From Spirochaetota bacterium (GTDB taxonomy: Bacteria; Spirochaetota; Spirochaetia; SZUA-6): a stretch of 64,000 bases of DNA. How positions within the stretch are numbered: position 1 is the first letter of the stretch; the number at the start of each line of letters is the position of its first letter. The stretch covers positions 46,409-110,408 of the forward strand of contig JAADHF010000131.1 of NCBI GenBank assembly GCA_013151965.1. Reading direction: 5' to 3'. The translations under genes were made by a program, and so were the position numbers. Below the pieces are notes generated by a model. That model had not been told where the DNA came from, ran no database searches, and saw nothing but the letters and a program-made list of their open reading frames with translations. Positions 48,402-57,500 of the stretch are shown piece after piece.

Positions 48402-49100
48402 TTAATCCTGAATATCGATGTCTTCATAATTTTCCTTTATCGACTCGGAACCTGCAGAGAGATTCTTGGTATCTTCCGATGCATTTTTTAAAGAGCTTAG
48501 TACATCGTTCATAAGAGCTTTCTGTTTTGCAAGTTCCTCTTTCTGTTTTTTTTCTGCCGCTGCAATTGTGCCGCTAAGGAGCTGTATTATTTTTTCTATC
48601 TGTTCTCTCTGTTTATTGGCCGGTTTTAATTGAATATACAAGGTATAGTCCGCCAGAGCTTCCCTGTACTTTTTAAGCTGAAGCCGTGTATTTGCTCTGT
48701 TTAAGTATGCTGCGGGCATATTATCCTTTGTTTCTATAGCCTGAGTGTACATATCTTCGGCCAAAGCGTATTGGTTCTGTTTAAAAAGGTTGTTTCCAAT
48801 GTTAAAGTAAAGAATATTCTTTATACTTTTTGCGACATTCAAACCCCGCCTTAGGATTTTACTGGATTTATCAAGATTATTAAGCTGTTCGTAAATTATA
48901 CCAAGGTAGAGGTATATTTTTTCATTATTCGGTTCTTCATTAAGTGCAGCCTCCATAAGGGGAAGTGCTTCCTCAGGTTTATTGTCCAGAAAAAGCTTTT
49001 CGCCCTGAGTAAGGTAGGATGAGGCGAAAAGAGGGGCAGCAAAAAGGATACCAAAAAAAACAGTTAATAAAAAGACAGCTCTGCTTTTAAACATTATCAT
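48402..49100 (-). CDS. Exported TPR protein
   Basis: Signal peptide; TPRs (YLYLGIIYEQ, YFNIGNNLF, AYLNRAN). Confidence 0.85.
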   Translation of the reverse strand: MIMFKSRAVFLLTVFFGILFAAPLFASSYLTQGEKLFLDNKPEEALPLMEAALNEEPNNEKIYLYLGIIYEQLNNLDKSSKILRRGLNVAKSIKNILYFNIGNNLFKQNQYALAEDMYTQAIETKDNMPAAYLNRANTRLQLKKYREALADYTLYIQLKPANKQREQIEKIIQLLSGTIAAAEKKQKEELAKQKALMNDVLSSLKNASEDTKNLSAGSESIKENYEDIDIQD

Positions 49101-49107
49101 ACCTATA

Positions 49108-49151
49108 AAAATAACATCTAAATTGACACTTTACAAAATAATTAATAGTCT
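49108..49151. promoter_or_regulatory. Overlapping divergent sigma70-type promoters
   Basis: Plus: TTGACA (49123), 17 nt, TAGTCT. Minus: TTGTAA (49136), 17 nt, TATTTT, 7 nt, ATG (49100). Confidence 0.45.
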
Positions 49152-49180
49152 AACAACATAAATATTCAAATGGTAGGAAA

Positions 49181-50539
49181 ATGTCAAGTTTTGTTATTCT
49201 GATTATTATACTCGGCACGGTTTTCGGCATCTTAACCTTTTTTATAGTGAAGAGTTTTATCTCACCGAGGCGCATAGAAACGCTTAATGAACTTTTAAAG
49301 AAAAAGAGATATACTCAGGTTGTAAGAACGGCCAAACGTCTTCTCGTAAATGATCCGCACAGTATCGATCTGCACTATCTATTAGGTATGGCTTATCTCG
49401 GCGACGGAAAGGCGGAGCTGGCTTTGATGGAATTAAAAAAAATTAATCAGATAGGCCAGTTTACAAATTTCTGCAGAGAGATACCTTTCAGAAAGCAGAT
49501 AGCAGAGCTGTATACCAGATTTAATCAGATAGATGAAGCATTAAAAGAATATTTACTTCTGATAAAAGCCCAGCCGGATGAGGCTGTGTACTATTACACA
49601 GCCGGAGAACTTTTAGAGGCACGGGGAAGCGGAACAAAGGCTGTTTCCTTTTTTATGAAAACAGTGGAACTGGATAAAAATTTTGCAGATGCCCATTATA
49701 AGCTGGGTCTGTTGTTATACCTGAATAAGAAGCCTATGGAGGCGAGAAATGAGCTGGAAAAGGCTGTAAAGCTTAAACCGGATAATTATCCGGCTTACTT
49801 TTACTTAGGGAAACTGCTTAAAGAAAGCCATGATTACGCAGGCGCTCTTAAAGCGCTGGAGAAAGCTCAGAGAAGTCCGGAATTCAAAGGCAGGGCCCTT
49901 ATAGAAAGAGGGATCTGTTATATGAGTATGAACAATTACGATAGAGCTATCCCTGAGTTGGAGAGGGCTTTAAAAAATGTGGCGGATAAAACAGGGAATG
50001 AGTACATGTACGGAGGTTATTTTCTTGCATACTGCTATGAGAAGCTCCGGAAGCTGGACAGGGCTATTGAAATCTGGGAAAGAATATATGCGAAGAAACC
50101 CGGATTTAAAGATGTTGCGGAGAAACTGTCGCAGTATCAGGAGTTAAGTTCCGACGACAGAATGAAGGATTACCTGACAGCGAAGAAGGAAGATTTTATA
50201 GATATCTGCCGGGCGGCTGTAAAGGTTATGAATTTAACCGTGCAGGATCTATGTGAGATACCAAATGGTTGTGAACTGACGGCTATGGAGATAAATACGA
50301 AATGGAGAAATGCCAGAAAAATGCCGAAGCTCATTCAATTTTTAAGAGTTTCCGATGTAATCGATCAAAGTACCGTGCGGAATTTGCACGAAAAAATGAA
50401 AAAGAAAAATCTTACACGCGGAATCATTGTAACAAGTTCAACTTTTTCACGAACCGCTTATGCATATGCAGATATACGGCCCATAGATCTTCTCGACAAA
50501 AACAGGCTTACCGAACTGCTTAAAAAAGCCGACCTGTAG
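49181..50539 (+). CDS. TM-anchored TPR protein with C-terminal Mrr-like restriction-endonuclease-fold domain
   Basis: N-terminal TM, about 8 TPRs, C-terminus VRNLHEKM...GIIVTSSTFS..A..YA..RPIDLLD typical of Mrr_cat. Confidence 0.8.
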   Translation: MSSFVILIIILGTVFGILTFFIVKSFISPRRIETLNELLKKKRYTQVVRTAKRLLVNDPHSIDLHYLLGMAYLGDGKAELALMELKKINQIGQFTNFCREIPFRKQIAELYTRFNQIDEALKEYLLLIKAQPDEAVYYYTAGELLEARGSGTKAVSFFMKTVELDKNFADAHYKLGLLLYLNKKPMEARNELEKAVKLKPDNYPAYFYLGKLLKESHDYAGALKALEKAQRSPEFKGRALIERGICYMSMNNYDRAIPELERALKNVADKTGNEYMYGGYFLAYCYEKLRKLDRAIEIWERIYAKKPGFKDVAEKLSQYQELSSDDRMKDYLTAKKEDFIDICRAAVKVMNLTVQDLCEIPNGCELTAMEINTKWRNARKMPKLIQFLRVSDVIDQSTVRNLHEKMKKKNLTRGIIVTSSTFSRTAYAYADIRPIDLLDKNRLTELLKKADL

Positions 50540-50567
50540 AAATCGGGCTGTCCTGTATTACTTTAAC

Positions 50568-50602
50568 AAAAAGCTTCTCCTGCATGAAACACGAGAAGCT
50601 TT
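50568..50602 (-). terminator. Intrinsic terminator of acpP (between convergent genes)
   Basis: Inverted repeat AAAGCTTCTC...GAGAAGCTTT with a T-run on the minus strand. Confidence 0.55.
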
Positions 50603-50624
50603 CCCCCGGATATTTCTGCAGTTA

Positions 50625-50903
50625 TTAGTTTTCCTGAGATGCCATGCCCTCCTGGCCTGCAGACTGGAGCTGGTCATAAATAAAATCTACCGTATCCGAG
50701 ATCTTCTGTATCTTCTCTGCGGATTCATCGGAGATCGATATACCGAATTCTTCTTCGATTTCATATACCATTTCCGCCACATCCAGTGAATCGAGCCCCA
50801 GATCATACTTTAAATGCTGATCGGGGTTTACATTTGCCGTGTCTATCTGAGTATGTCTGCCGAGAATGTCGACCAGTTTATCCTGAATTTCCTTTTTATC
50901 CAT
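50625..50903 (-). CDS. acpP: Acyl carrier protein
   Basis: DLGLDSLDVAEMVYEIEEEFGISISDE; GGAGG RBS supports ATG 50903. Confidence 0.9.
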   Translation of the reverse strand: MDKKEIQDKLVDILGRHTQIDTANVNPDQHLKYDLGLDSLDVAEMVYEIEEEFGISISDESAEKIQKISDTVDFIYDQLQSAGQEGMASQEN

Positions 50904-50930
50904 AAATATAACCTCCAAAAAAAAAATAGT

Positions 50931-50966
50931 TTGACGTAATATACAGAAATTAAGTAATATTGTCAA
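50931..50966. promoter_or_regulatory. Fully overlapping divergent sigma70 promoters (acpP / phosphoesterase operon)
   Basis: Minus: TTGACA (50966), 17 nt, TATATT. Plus: TTGACG (50931), 18 nt, TAATAT. Confidence 0.55.
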
Positions 50967-50975
50967 AGGGGTAAA

Positions 50976-51653
50976 ATGAAGGTTCTATGTGTTTCCGATC
51001 ATATTGATCCGGTTGTGTACAGTAATAATATCAAAACACGATTTAGAGACGTGGATATTATAATAAGTGCAGGTGATCTGCCGCTTAATTACTATGATTT
51101 CATAGTGAGTAATCTGAATAAACCGCTGTTCTTCGTTTTCGGCAATCATAACCTTAAACATCTTAAGTACTATAAGCCGCAATACCAGAGGGCTTACTAC
51201 GATATGCTCGACCTGGAAAAGCACAGATCCTTTGGTGCCACATTTATAAGCGGCAAGGTAAGGAGGGTAAAGAAGGGTACTCTTATTCTTGCAGGCTTAG
51301 GCGGCAGTATGCTTTACAATGGAGGCGCAAACCAGTATTCCGAATTCGGAATGGCTCTTTATGCCATGAGGCTTATCCCCAGGCTGATATTTAACAGAAT
51401 CTTTTACGGAAGATATCTGGATATACTGGTAACACATGCTCCTCCTGCGGGTATACACGATCTGCCGGACAGATGTCATAGGGGTTTTAAGGTATTCCTG
51501 TGGCTTATTAAATATTTTAAACCCAGGTATCTTATACATGGTCATGTTCATTTATACGACCGTAATGCGAATAAAATTACAAAATATCTTGACACTTATG
51601 TTGTAAATGCATATAACCATTGCCTGATTGATTCGGAGGGCGGTATTGAGTAA
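50976..51653 (+). CDS. Calcineurin-like metallophosphoesterase
   Basis: VSDH, SAGDL, FGNH, LVTHAPP, HGHVH. Confidence 0.88.
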   Translation: MKVLCVSDHIDPVVYSNNIKTRFRDVDIIISAGDLPLNYYDFIVSNLNKPLFFVFGNHNLKHLKYYKPQYQRAYYDMLDLEKHRSFGATFISGKVRRVKKGTLILAGLGGSMLYNGGANQYSEFGMALYAMRLIPRLIFNRIFYGRYLDILVTHAPPAGIHDLPDRCHRGFKVFLWLIKYFKPRYLIHGHVHLYDRNANKITKYLDTYVVNAYNHCLIDSEGGIE

Positions 51654-51654
51654 T

Positions 51655-52566
51655 ATGCAGTTTTTTTCCCAGGCAAGGGAAGATTTTAACAAAGCAAGAA
51701 CACGCGAAATGTTATCCGGTGTTCTTAGGCGTCTTGTAAACAGGAAAAGTGATATGCTGTCATTGCAGGATGCCAGAAATATTTTAAAACCAAAATCAGA
51801 AAATTATAAAGGTATGATGACAGTTCCGATTTCTCTTATAGTCGGGAGTGAAGGCCGTTATAAGGATTTTAATAAGGAATTTCTGCCCAAACACCAGCAT
51901 TTACGGTCCCGCTGGGAGAGAGTAGATATGGCATACTATAAACAGGTAAACCTGCCCCCGATAAAACTGTACAAATTGGGAGGGGTTTACTTTGTAAGAG
52001 ACGGGAATCACAGGGTATCGGTCGGGAAATTGCAGGGTGTCGAGTTCGTGGATGCCGAAGTTGTGGGACTTACCGCGGAAGTGGAGATTAAACCATGGAT
52101 GAACAAGGATGATCTTAAGCGGGAGGTTATAAAATTTGAAAAGAAGAAGTTTTTTAATGCGACCAAACTGGATCAGCTGCGGGAGGATTGTATTCTGGAT
52201 TTCACGGCTCCCGGACGTTATGATGATATTATCGAACACATAAAAGGACACAGGTATTTTCTTCAGGAAAGGCAGGAGAATGAGGTGTCTTTCGAAGAGG
52301 CGATGCTGTCATGGTATGATACTGTTTTTCAGCCGATTATCAGGATTATCAGGGATGAGAAGATCCTTAACCGGTTTCCGGGCAGAACGGAAGCAGACCT
52401 TTATGTGTGGATTGTCCGTCACTGGGATGAGCTTAAAAAGAAATGGGGCAATGATTATCCTCTTGATAAGGCTGCAAAGGACTACACCAGAAAATACGGC
52501 AGAAGTTTTTCTGCGCGGGTCAAGGACTTTCTGCAGGCCTTATTCAGGCTGTTTACCGGGAAGTAG
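51655..52566 (+). CDS. ParB/Sulfiredoxin-like domain protein (DUF4032-associated type)
   Basis: IVGSEGRYKDF, LPPIKLYK...YFVRDGNHRVSV, FPGRTEADLYVW; ATG 51655 directly follows the upstream stop. Confidence 0.78.
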   Translation: MQFFSQAREDFNKARTREMLSGVLRRLVNRKSDMLSLQDARNILKPKSENYKGMMTVPISLIVGSEGRYKDFNKEFLPKHQHLRSRWERVDMAYYKQVNLPPIKLYKLGGVYFVRDGNHRVSVGKLQGVEFVDAEVVGLTAEVEIKPWMNKDDLKREVIKFEKKKFFNATKLDQLREDCILDFTAPGRYDDIIEHIKGHRYFLQERQENEVSFEEAMLSWYDTVFQPIIRIIRDEKILNRFPGRTEADLYVWIVRHWDELKKKWGNDYPLDKAAKDYTRKYGRSFSARVKDFLQALFRLFTGK

Positions 52567-53188
52567 TTTTCTGTTCGGGTTCCAGTATATCCACAGGGAA
52601 AGTGCAGAGTTTTTTAAAAGTTTCAGCGTCTTCCGTTCCCCCGATGATTTTACCGTAGTGCATCGGTATTGCTTTGCCGGGCAGAACCGCATCCGCTGCC
52701 ATAGCAGCTTCTCTGGGATTCATCGTGTATGTTCCTCCGACAGGCACTAAAAATATATCCGGTTTTAAACCCTTCATTTCGGGAATAAAATCCGTATCTC
52801 CCGTATGATAAATACTTTCTTTAAGGTAGATGATATATCCGACCCAGCCGCTGGACTTCGGATGAAACGGCTTTGATATATTGTAAGCGGGAATTGTTTT
52901 AAATTTAATCCCCGTATCATAGGTCCCGGACGGTTCCACGATAATAATCTTTTTTGCAATACCCTTCAGTTTGTCCCTGCAGTCTTTCGTGCAGATGATC
53001 GTTGTCTTTTCATAATCCGAAAGTAAGGCGATGTCCCCGGGAGAACAATGATCATAGTGAGAATGTGTTATAAACAGGTAATCGACCTTCTCCTCTGCCG
53101 GGACATCGAAGGGATCTATTGCCACGGTAACTCCGCTCTCCAATATAAAAGATGCATGGCCTAAAAAACGTATCTTCGAATCATTCAC
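52553..53188 (-). CDS. MBL-fold metallo-hydrolase
   Basis: LGHASF, IDPF, THSHYDH, HTGDT, PVGGTYTM, IPMHYG. Confidence 0.9.
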   Translation of the reverse strand: MNDSKIRFLGHASFILESGVTVAIDPFDVPAEEKVDYLFITHSHYDHCSPGDIALLSDYEKTTIICTKDCRDKLKGIAKKIIIVEPSGTYDTGIKFKTIPAYNISKPFHPKSSGWVGYIIYLKESIYHTGDTDFIPEMKGLKPDIFLVPVGGTYTMNPREAAMAADAVLPGKAIPMHYGKIIGGTEDAETFKKLCTFPVDILEPEQKTTSR

Positions 53189-53194
53189 GGATTT

Positions 53195-54655
53195 CTACCC
53201 CTGATCCTCTTCTTTTGGTAATGAAAATGCTTTAAGCACAAGTTTTCTGTTGGCCCTCACCTCATCCGGCCTTGAAACCGGTGTTGTAAACGGAGCATCG
53301 TGGAGTCCGGAAGGTTCTTCCTCCGCTTCCGATACAATCGTTTCAAGGACATCCGCGAAATAATCGAGGTTTTCTTTTGTTTCCGTTTCTGTCGGTTCGA
53401 TCATTAATGCTTCCTTTACAACAAGAGGAAAATATATTGTAGGAGCGTGTATTCCGAAGTCAAGGATCCGTTTGGATATATCGAGTGTGTTTACTCCGAA
53501 TTCCTTTTTTATATTCTGTGCGGAGAGAACAAATTCATGGAGAGTATCGCTTTTGTAGGGTGTGATGAAATTATGTGAAATTTTTTTCTTAAGATAATTT
53601 GCATTAAGAACTGCAAGTTCGCTTACTTTTTTTAAACCTGCAAATCCGTTTGCCCTGATAAACAGATAGGCCTTAAGCAGCACAAGGAAATTTCCGTAAA
53701 AAGCACGCATCTTACCTATAGAAGTCTCTTTGCCGGAGTAATCGAAAAAATATCTGTTGTTTTCTAAGCCGATTACAGGGTAGGGGAGAAACGGTACGAT
53801 GTCTCTTTTAACGGCAACCGGTCCGGCACCGGGTCCGCCCGTTCCGTGGGGGGTGGAAAAAGTTTTATGGAGGTTAAAATGAACCATGTCGAATCCCATG
53901 TCGCCGGGCCGTGCGTACCCCATTACTGCATTCATATTGGCACCGTCGTAGTATAGAAGACCTCCGCTTCCATGTACTATCTCTGCGATTTCTTCCATTT
54001 TATCCTCGAATATACCAAGTGTATTTGGATTGGTTATCATTAAAGCGGCCACATTATCGTCCATGTTCTTTTTAAGGATATCCGGATCGATTCTGCCCTC
54101 GCTGTTCGAGTGCAGTGTCACAACTTTATATCCGCACATGGCTGCAGTTGCAGGATTTGTGCCGTGAGAAGAATCAGGAACAAGGATCTTCTGTCTCGGA
54201 TTACCTTTGTTCGTATGATATGCCCTGCACATAAGGAGCCCGGTAAGTTCTCCGTGCGCCCCTGCAGCGGGCTGCAGCGTTATTCCGTCCATTCCGCTTA
54301 AGCTTTTTAAATCTTCACCGAGTTCATGGAGTATCCTGAGTGCGCCCTGAATTGTCGTTTCATCCTGGTATGGATGGATGTTTAGAAACTTATCGATCCC
54401 GGCTATTTTTTCGTTGACCTTGGGATTAAATTTCATCGTACATGAGCCGAGCGGATACATGCCATTGTCCAGTCCATGGTTAAGTGATGACAGGCGTACA
54501 TAGTGGCGTACAACTTCGTTTTCAGGAACCGAGGGCAGCCGTGGAGGAATTTTCCTTGAATAGTCTTCCGGAATATACGGCGAACCGGTACATTCGGGTA
54601 CAAAGGAACCGGAACGTCCCGCTTTGCTGATCTCAAAAATCAGTTTTTCACTCAT
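53195..54655 (-). CDS. gcvPB: Glycine dehydrogenase (decarboxylating) subunit 2
   Basis: YPLGSCTMK, QPAAGAHGE, HGTNPA, TNPNTLG, NLHKTFSTPHG, EPTETE. Confidence 0.95.
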   Translation of the reverse strand: MSEKLIFEISKAGRSGSFVPECTGSPYIPEDYSRKIPPRLPSVPENEVVRHYVRLSSLNHGLDNGMYPLGSCTMKFNPKVNEKIAGIDKFLNIHPYQDETTIQGALRILHELGEDLKSLSGMDGITLQPAAGAHGELTGLLMCRAYHTNKGNPRQKILVPDSSHGTNPATAAMCGYKVVTLHSNSEGRIDPDILKKNMDDNVAALMITNPNTLGIFEDKMEEIAEIVHGSGGLLYYDGANMNAVMGYARPGDMGFDMVHFNLHKTFSTPHGTGGPGAGPVAVKRDIVPFLPYPVIGLENNRYFFDYSGKETSIGKMRAFYGNFLVLLKAYLFIRANGFAGLKKVSELAVLNANYLKKKISHNFITPYKSDTLHEFVLSAQNIKKEFGVNTLDISKRILDFGIHAPTIYFPLVVKEALMIEPTETETKENLDYFADVLETIVSEAEEEPSGLHDAPFTTPVSRPDEVRANRKLVLKAFSLPKEEDQG

Positions 54656-55968
54656 TCTGCCGCCTCCTTTACGGCATCTATGAGTAGTTCGATGCCGTGA
54701 TCACTGTTCATTTCCGTTGCTGCGAAGAGATAATGTCCGGAGATATCGAGCGGGCCGAGGATATTCCGCTTTAAAAGTGAACCGGCAAAGGCTTTTTTAT
54801 CGACTTTAAGTTTTGCGGGAAACTCGTTAAAAAAAGCCGCACCGGTATGTAATATTTCCACGTTTTTTAACGGCAGCAGTGCATCGTACAGTTTATGTGC
54901 ATTTTTTACGGACAGATATGCGGCACTCTGCAGTCCTTTGGTGCCCATTAAACTTAAATATACAGCGGCTCTTACCGCACAGAGGGCATGATTGGAGCAT
55001 ATATTGGATGTAGCTCTTTCCCTGCGGATATGCTGCTCCCTGGCTGCCAGTGTCATTACAAAGGCCTGTCTCCCCTGCCTGTCGACAGTTGCCCCTATTA
55101 TTCTCCCGGGCAGAAGATGGAGGAATTCTTTACTGCATGTGATAAATCCAAGGTACGGCCCTCCGAGGGCGAGCGGCTGGCCGAAGGCCTGTGCATCTCC
55201 GCAGCATATTGCAGCTCCGTAATCCGCCGGAGTCTTAAGAACAGCAAGCGAGAGTGCCTCGTTTGTCACATAAATAAGAGCTGCATCTTTAGTCCGCTCT
55301 TTGATAGCTGAAATGTCCTCTATAAATCCTGAGAAGTTCGGATTCTGTATAATAACGGAAGATACGCCGGAAACATCTACTCCGGCAAGGGCATCGATGT
55401 CTGTTATGCCGTTTTTCAGAGGAATAGTCTGCACCGTTATTCCGGTATTCTTAAGGTATGTATTTATGGTTATTAAATAATCGGGATGAATTCCCCCGGA
55501 AACGAGAACCCTATTCCTTTTGTTGTATCTGAAGGCCATAAGTGCCGCTTCCGCTGCTGCCGATGCTCCGTCGTACATGGATGCATTTGAGACAGGCAGG
55601 CCTGTAAGTTCCGCCATCATCGTCTGGTATTCGAACATTGTCTGCAGGCTTCCCTGGCTTACCTCCGGCTGATACGGTGTATATGCGGTATAATATTCCT
55701 GACGGGAAGTAATCTCGTCCACCGAAGCCGGAATAAAGTGGTTGTAAGCACCGGCGCCGCAAAAGATTTCTTTAAAAGTTATGATGCCGGAAGCGATATC
55801 CTCTACTGCGGATATAAGTTCTTTTTCGGAAAAGGGACCCCGGATTGCGAGTTTTTTTTTCAGTTTCAATTTATCGGGGATCGATGAAAACAGATCTTTA
55901 ATCTCAGACTTGCCTAAATAGGATAACATCTCTTTTACATCATCACCGGAATGATTGGTATAGGGCAT
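54652..55968 (-). CDS. gcvPA: Glycine dehydrogenase (decarboxylating) subunit 1
   Basis: TAYTPYQPEVSQG, NASMYDG, REQHIRRERATSNICSN. Confidence 0.95.
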   Translation of the reverse strand: MPYTNHSGDDVKEMLSYLGKSEIKDLFSSIPDKLKLKKKLAIRGPFSEKELISAVEDIASGIITFKEIFCGAGAYNHFIPASVDEITSRQEYYTAYTPYQPEVSQGSLQTMFEYQTMMAELTGLPVSNASMYDGASAAAEAALMAFRYNKRNRVLVSGGIHPDYLITINTYLKNTGITVQTIPLKNGITDIDALAGVDVSGVSSVIIQNPNFSGFIEDISAIKERTKDAALIYVTNEALSLAVLKTPADYGAAICCGDAQAFGQPLALGGPYLGFITCSKEFLHLLPGRIIGATVDRQGRQAFVMTLAAREQHIRRERATSNICSNHALCAVRAAVYLSLMGTKGLQSAAYLSVKNAHKLYDALLPLKNVEILHTGAAFFNEFPAKLKVDKKAFAGSLLKRNILGPLDISGHYLFAATEMNSDHGIELLIDAVKEAAE

Positions 55969-56348
55969 TACTCTTCCTCTGTCATTTTTTTATATTCCTT
56001 CTCATTCATAAGACTTTCGAGTTCGGAAGGGTCTTCCATTTCGATAATAAATATCCATCCTTCCCCGAGAGGGTCCTTATTGATTATTTCACAGTTTTCC
56101 TCATTTTTTAATTTTTCATTTGTTTCCGCGATAGTACCTGATACGGGAGCAAAAATCTCACTCGATGATTTTAAAGAATCTATGGAACAGACAGCATCGT
56201 TCTGTTTTACCTTTGTCCCGGTTTCCGGCAGTTCCACATACGCTATATCACCCAGTTCGCTCTGTGCAAAATCGGAAATTCCTACCCGTACTCTGTTTCC
56301 TTCCTGTAAAACCCATTCATGGTCTTTTGTGTAAAGATATTCCGCCAT
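55968..56348 (-). CDS. gcvH: Glycine cleavage system H protein
   Basis: YTKDHEW, GISDFAQSELGDIAYVELP, lipoyl-Lys in IDSLKSSSE, DPLGEGW. Confidence 0.93.
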   Translation of the reverse strand: MAEYLYTKDHEWVLQEGNRVRVGISDFAQSELGDIAYVELPETGTKVKQNDAVCSIDSLKSSSEIFAPVSGTIAETNEKLKNEENCEIINKDPLGEGWIFIIEMEDPSELESLMNEKEYKKMTEEE

Positions 56349-56381
56349 TTTTAAAATCTCCTTCTGATATTTAATGATTCA

Positions 56382-57473
56382 TCATCTTTTATAAAAAGGG
56401 AGTCTTACAACTTCCGCTCTTATTTTCCTGCTGTTATTGTTAATAATAAAACTGCTGCCCGGCTCTGACAAATCCGGAATAACATACCCCATGCCGATGG
56501 TTTTCTTAATATACGGCCCGTATGTTGCACTTGTTACTTTTCCGGCCTCTTTGCCGTCTTCGGAAACAATGGTGTTGCCGTGTCTTGGAATTCCGGGTTT
56601 AAGTGTTTTAAATCCCACAAGCTTTCTCTTTACACCATTATTTTTCTGCTCTGAAAGTATTTTTTTTCCTAAATAACCGGTATCGCCTTTTTTTTTTACC
56701 GCCCATCCTATGCCGGCTTCTACCGGTGTATGGTCTTCATCGATATCATTTCCATAGAGCATGTATGACGCCTCTATTCTTAAAGTGTCACGCGCCCCTA
56801 ACCCGCAGGGCATTACATTGCTTTTTGCTGTTTCCAGTACGGCTTTCCATATCTCTACGGTTCTGTCCGCCGATGCAATGATCTCGAAACCATCCTCCCC
56901 TGTGTATCCTGTTCCGGAAACAATTACGGGTTCACTGCAGAAATCGATTTCGGAAAAATAAAAATGCGAGGGCAATGTTTTTCCTCCGCCCAATGTTTCG
57001 TTTAGAATCTCATAAGCCAATGGCCCCTGTAATGCAAGCATTCCAAGGCTGTCGGAGAGATTTTTTACTTTTACAGAAGAAAATTTTTCAGCATGTTTCT
57101 TTATCCACGAATAATCTTTCTCTATATTGGATGCATTGACGACAAGAAAATATTTATCATCGTTATACTTCAGTATAATAAGATCGTCTATAATGCCGCC
57201 GTTTTCTTTGCAGAGCAGGGTATAGAAGGCCTGGCCGTTTTTAAAATGCGATGCATCGTTTGTACTTAAAAATTGAATAAAATCAAATGCATCTCTGCCT
57301 TCTATCAGTATCTGTCCCATATGTGATATATCAAAAATACCTGATTTCGTGCGGACATGGTTATGCTCCTCCTTTATCGATCCGTATAGAACGGGGAGGA
57401 CAAAGCCGTGAAAATCCACCATTTTTGCCTTTAAGCTTACATGTTCGTCATAAAGCGGTGTTTTAGTGCTCAT
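56382..57473 (-). CDS. gcvT: Aminomethyltransferase (glycine cleavage T protein)
   Basis: TPLYDEH, FDISHMG, GGIIDD, TGYTGEDGFE, CGLGARDTLRIEA. Confidence 0.95.
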   Translation of the reverse strand: MSTKTPLYDEHVSLKAKMVDFHGFVLPVLYGSIKEEHNHVRTKSGIFDISHMGQILIEGRDAFDFIQFLSTNDASHFKNGQAFYTLLCKENGGIIDDLIILKYNDDKYFLVVNASNIEKDYSWIKKHAEKFSSVKVKNLSDSLGMLALQGPLAYEILNETLGGGKTLPSHFYFSEIDFCSEPVIVSGTGYTGEDGFEIIASADRTVEIWKAVLETAKSNVMPCGLGARDTLRIEASYMLYGNDIDEDHTPVEAGIGWAVKKKGDTGYLGKKILSEQKNNGVKRKLVGFKTLKPGIPRHGNTIVSEDGKEAGKVTSATYGPYIKKTIGMGYVIPDLSEPGSSFIINNNSRKIRAEVVRLPFYKR

Positions 57474-57500
57474 ATTTTTTTATCCCCCTGTAATTACCGG

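Noticed and set aside
49181-50539. Type IV restriction / anti-phage defence system
   Set aside because: Catalytic residues look degenerate, the context is housekeeping, and there are no defence-island neighbours. Kept only as a repurposed-domain finding.
51655-52566. Chromosome partitioning parB locus
   Set aside because: No parA, no parS palindrome noticed, and no ParB HTH or dimerisation region.
57474-57500. Glycine riboswitch ahead of gcvT
   Set aside because: Only 27 bp separate pbp1A and gcvT, with no aptamer-like sequence. The structured element at 60048-60145 ends in a constitutive-looking terminator and does not resemble a glycine aptamer.
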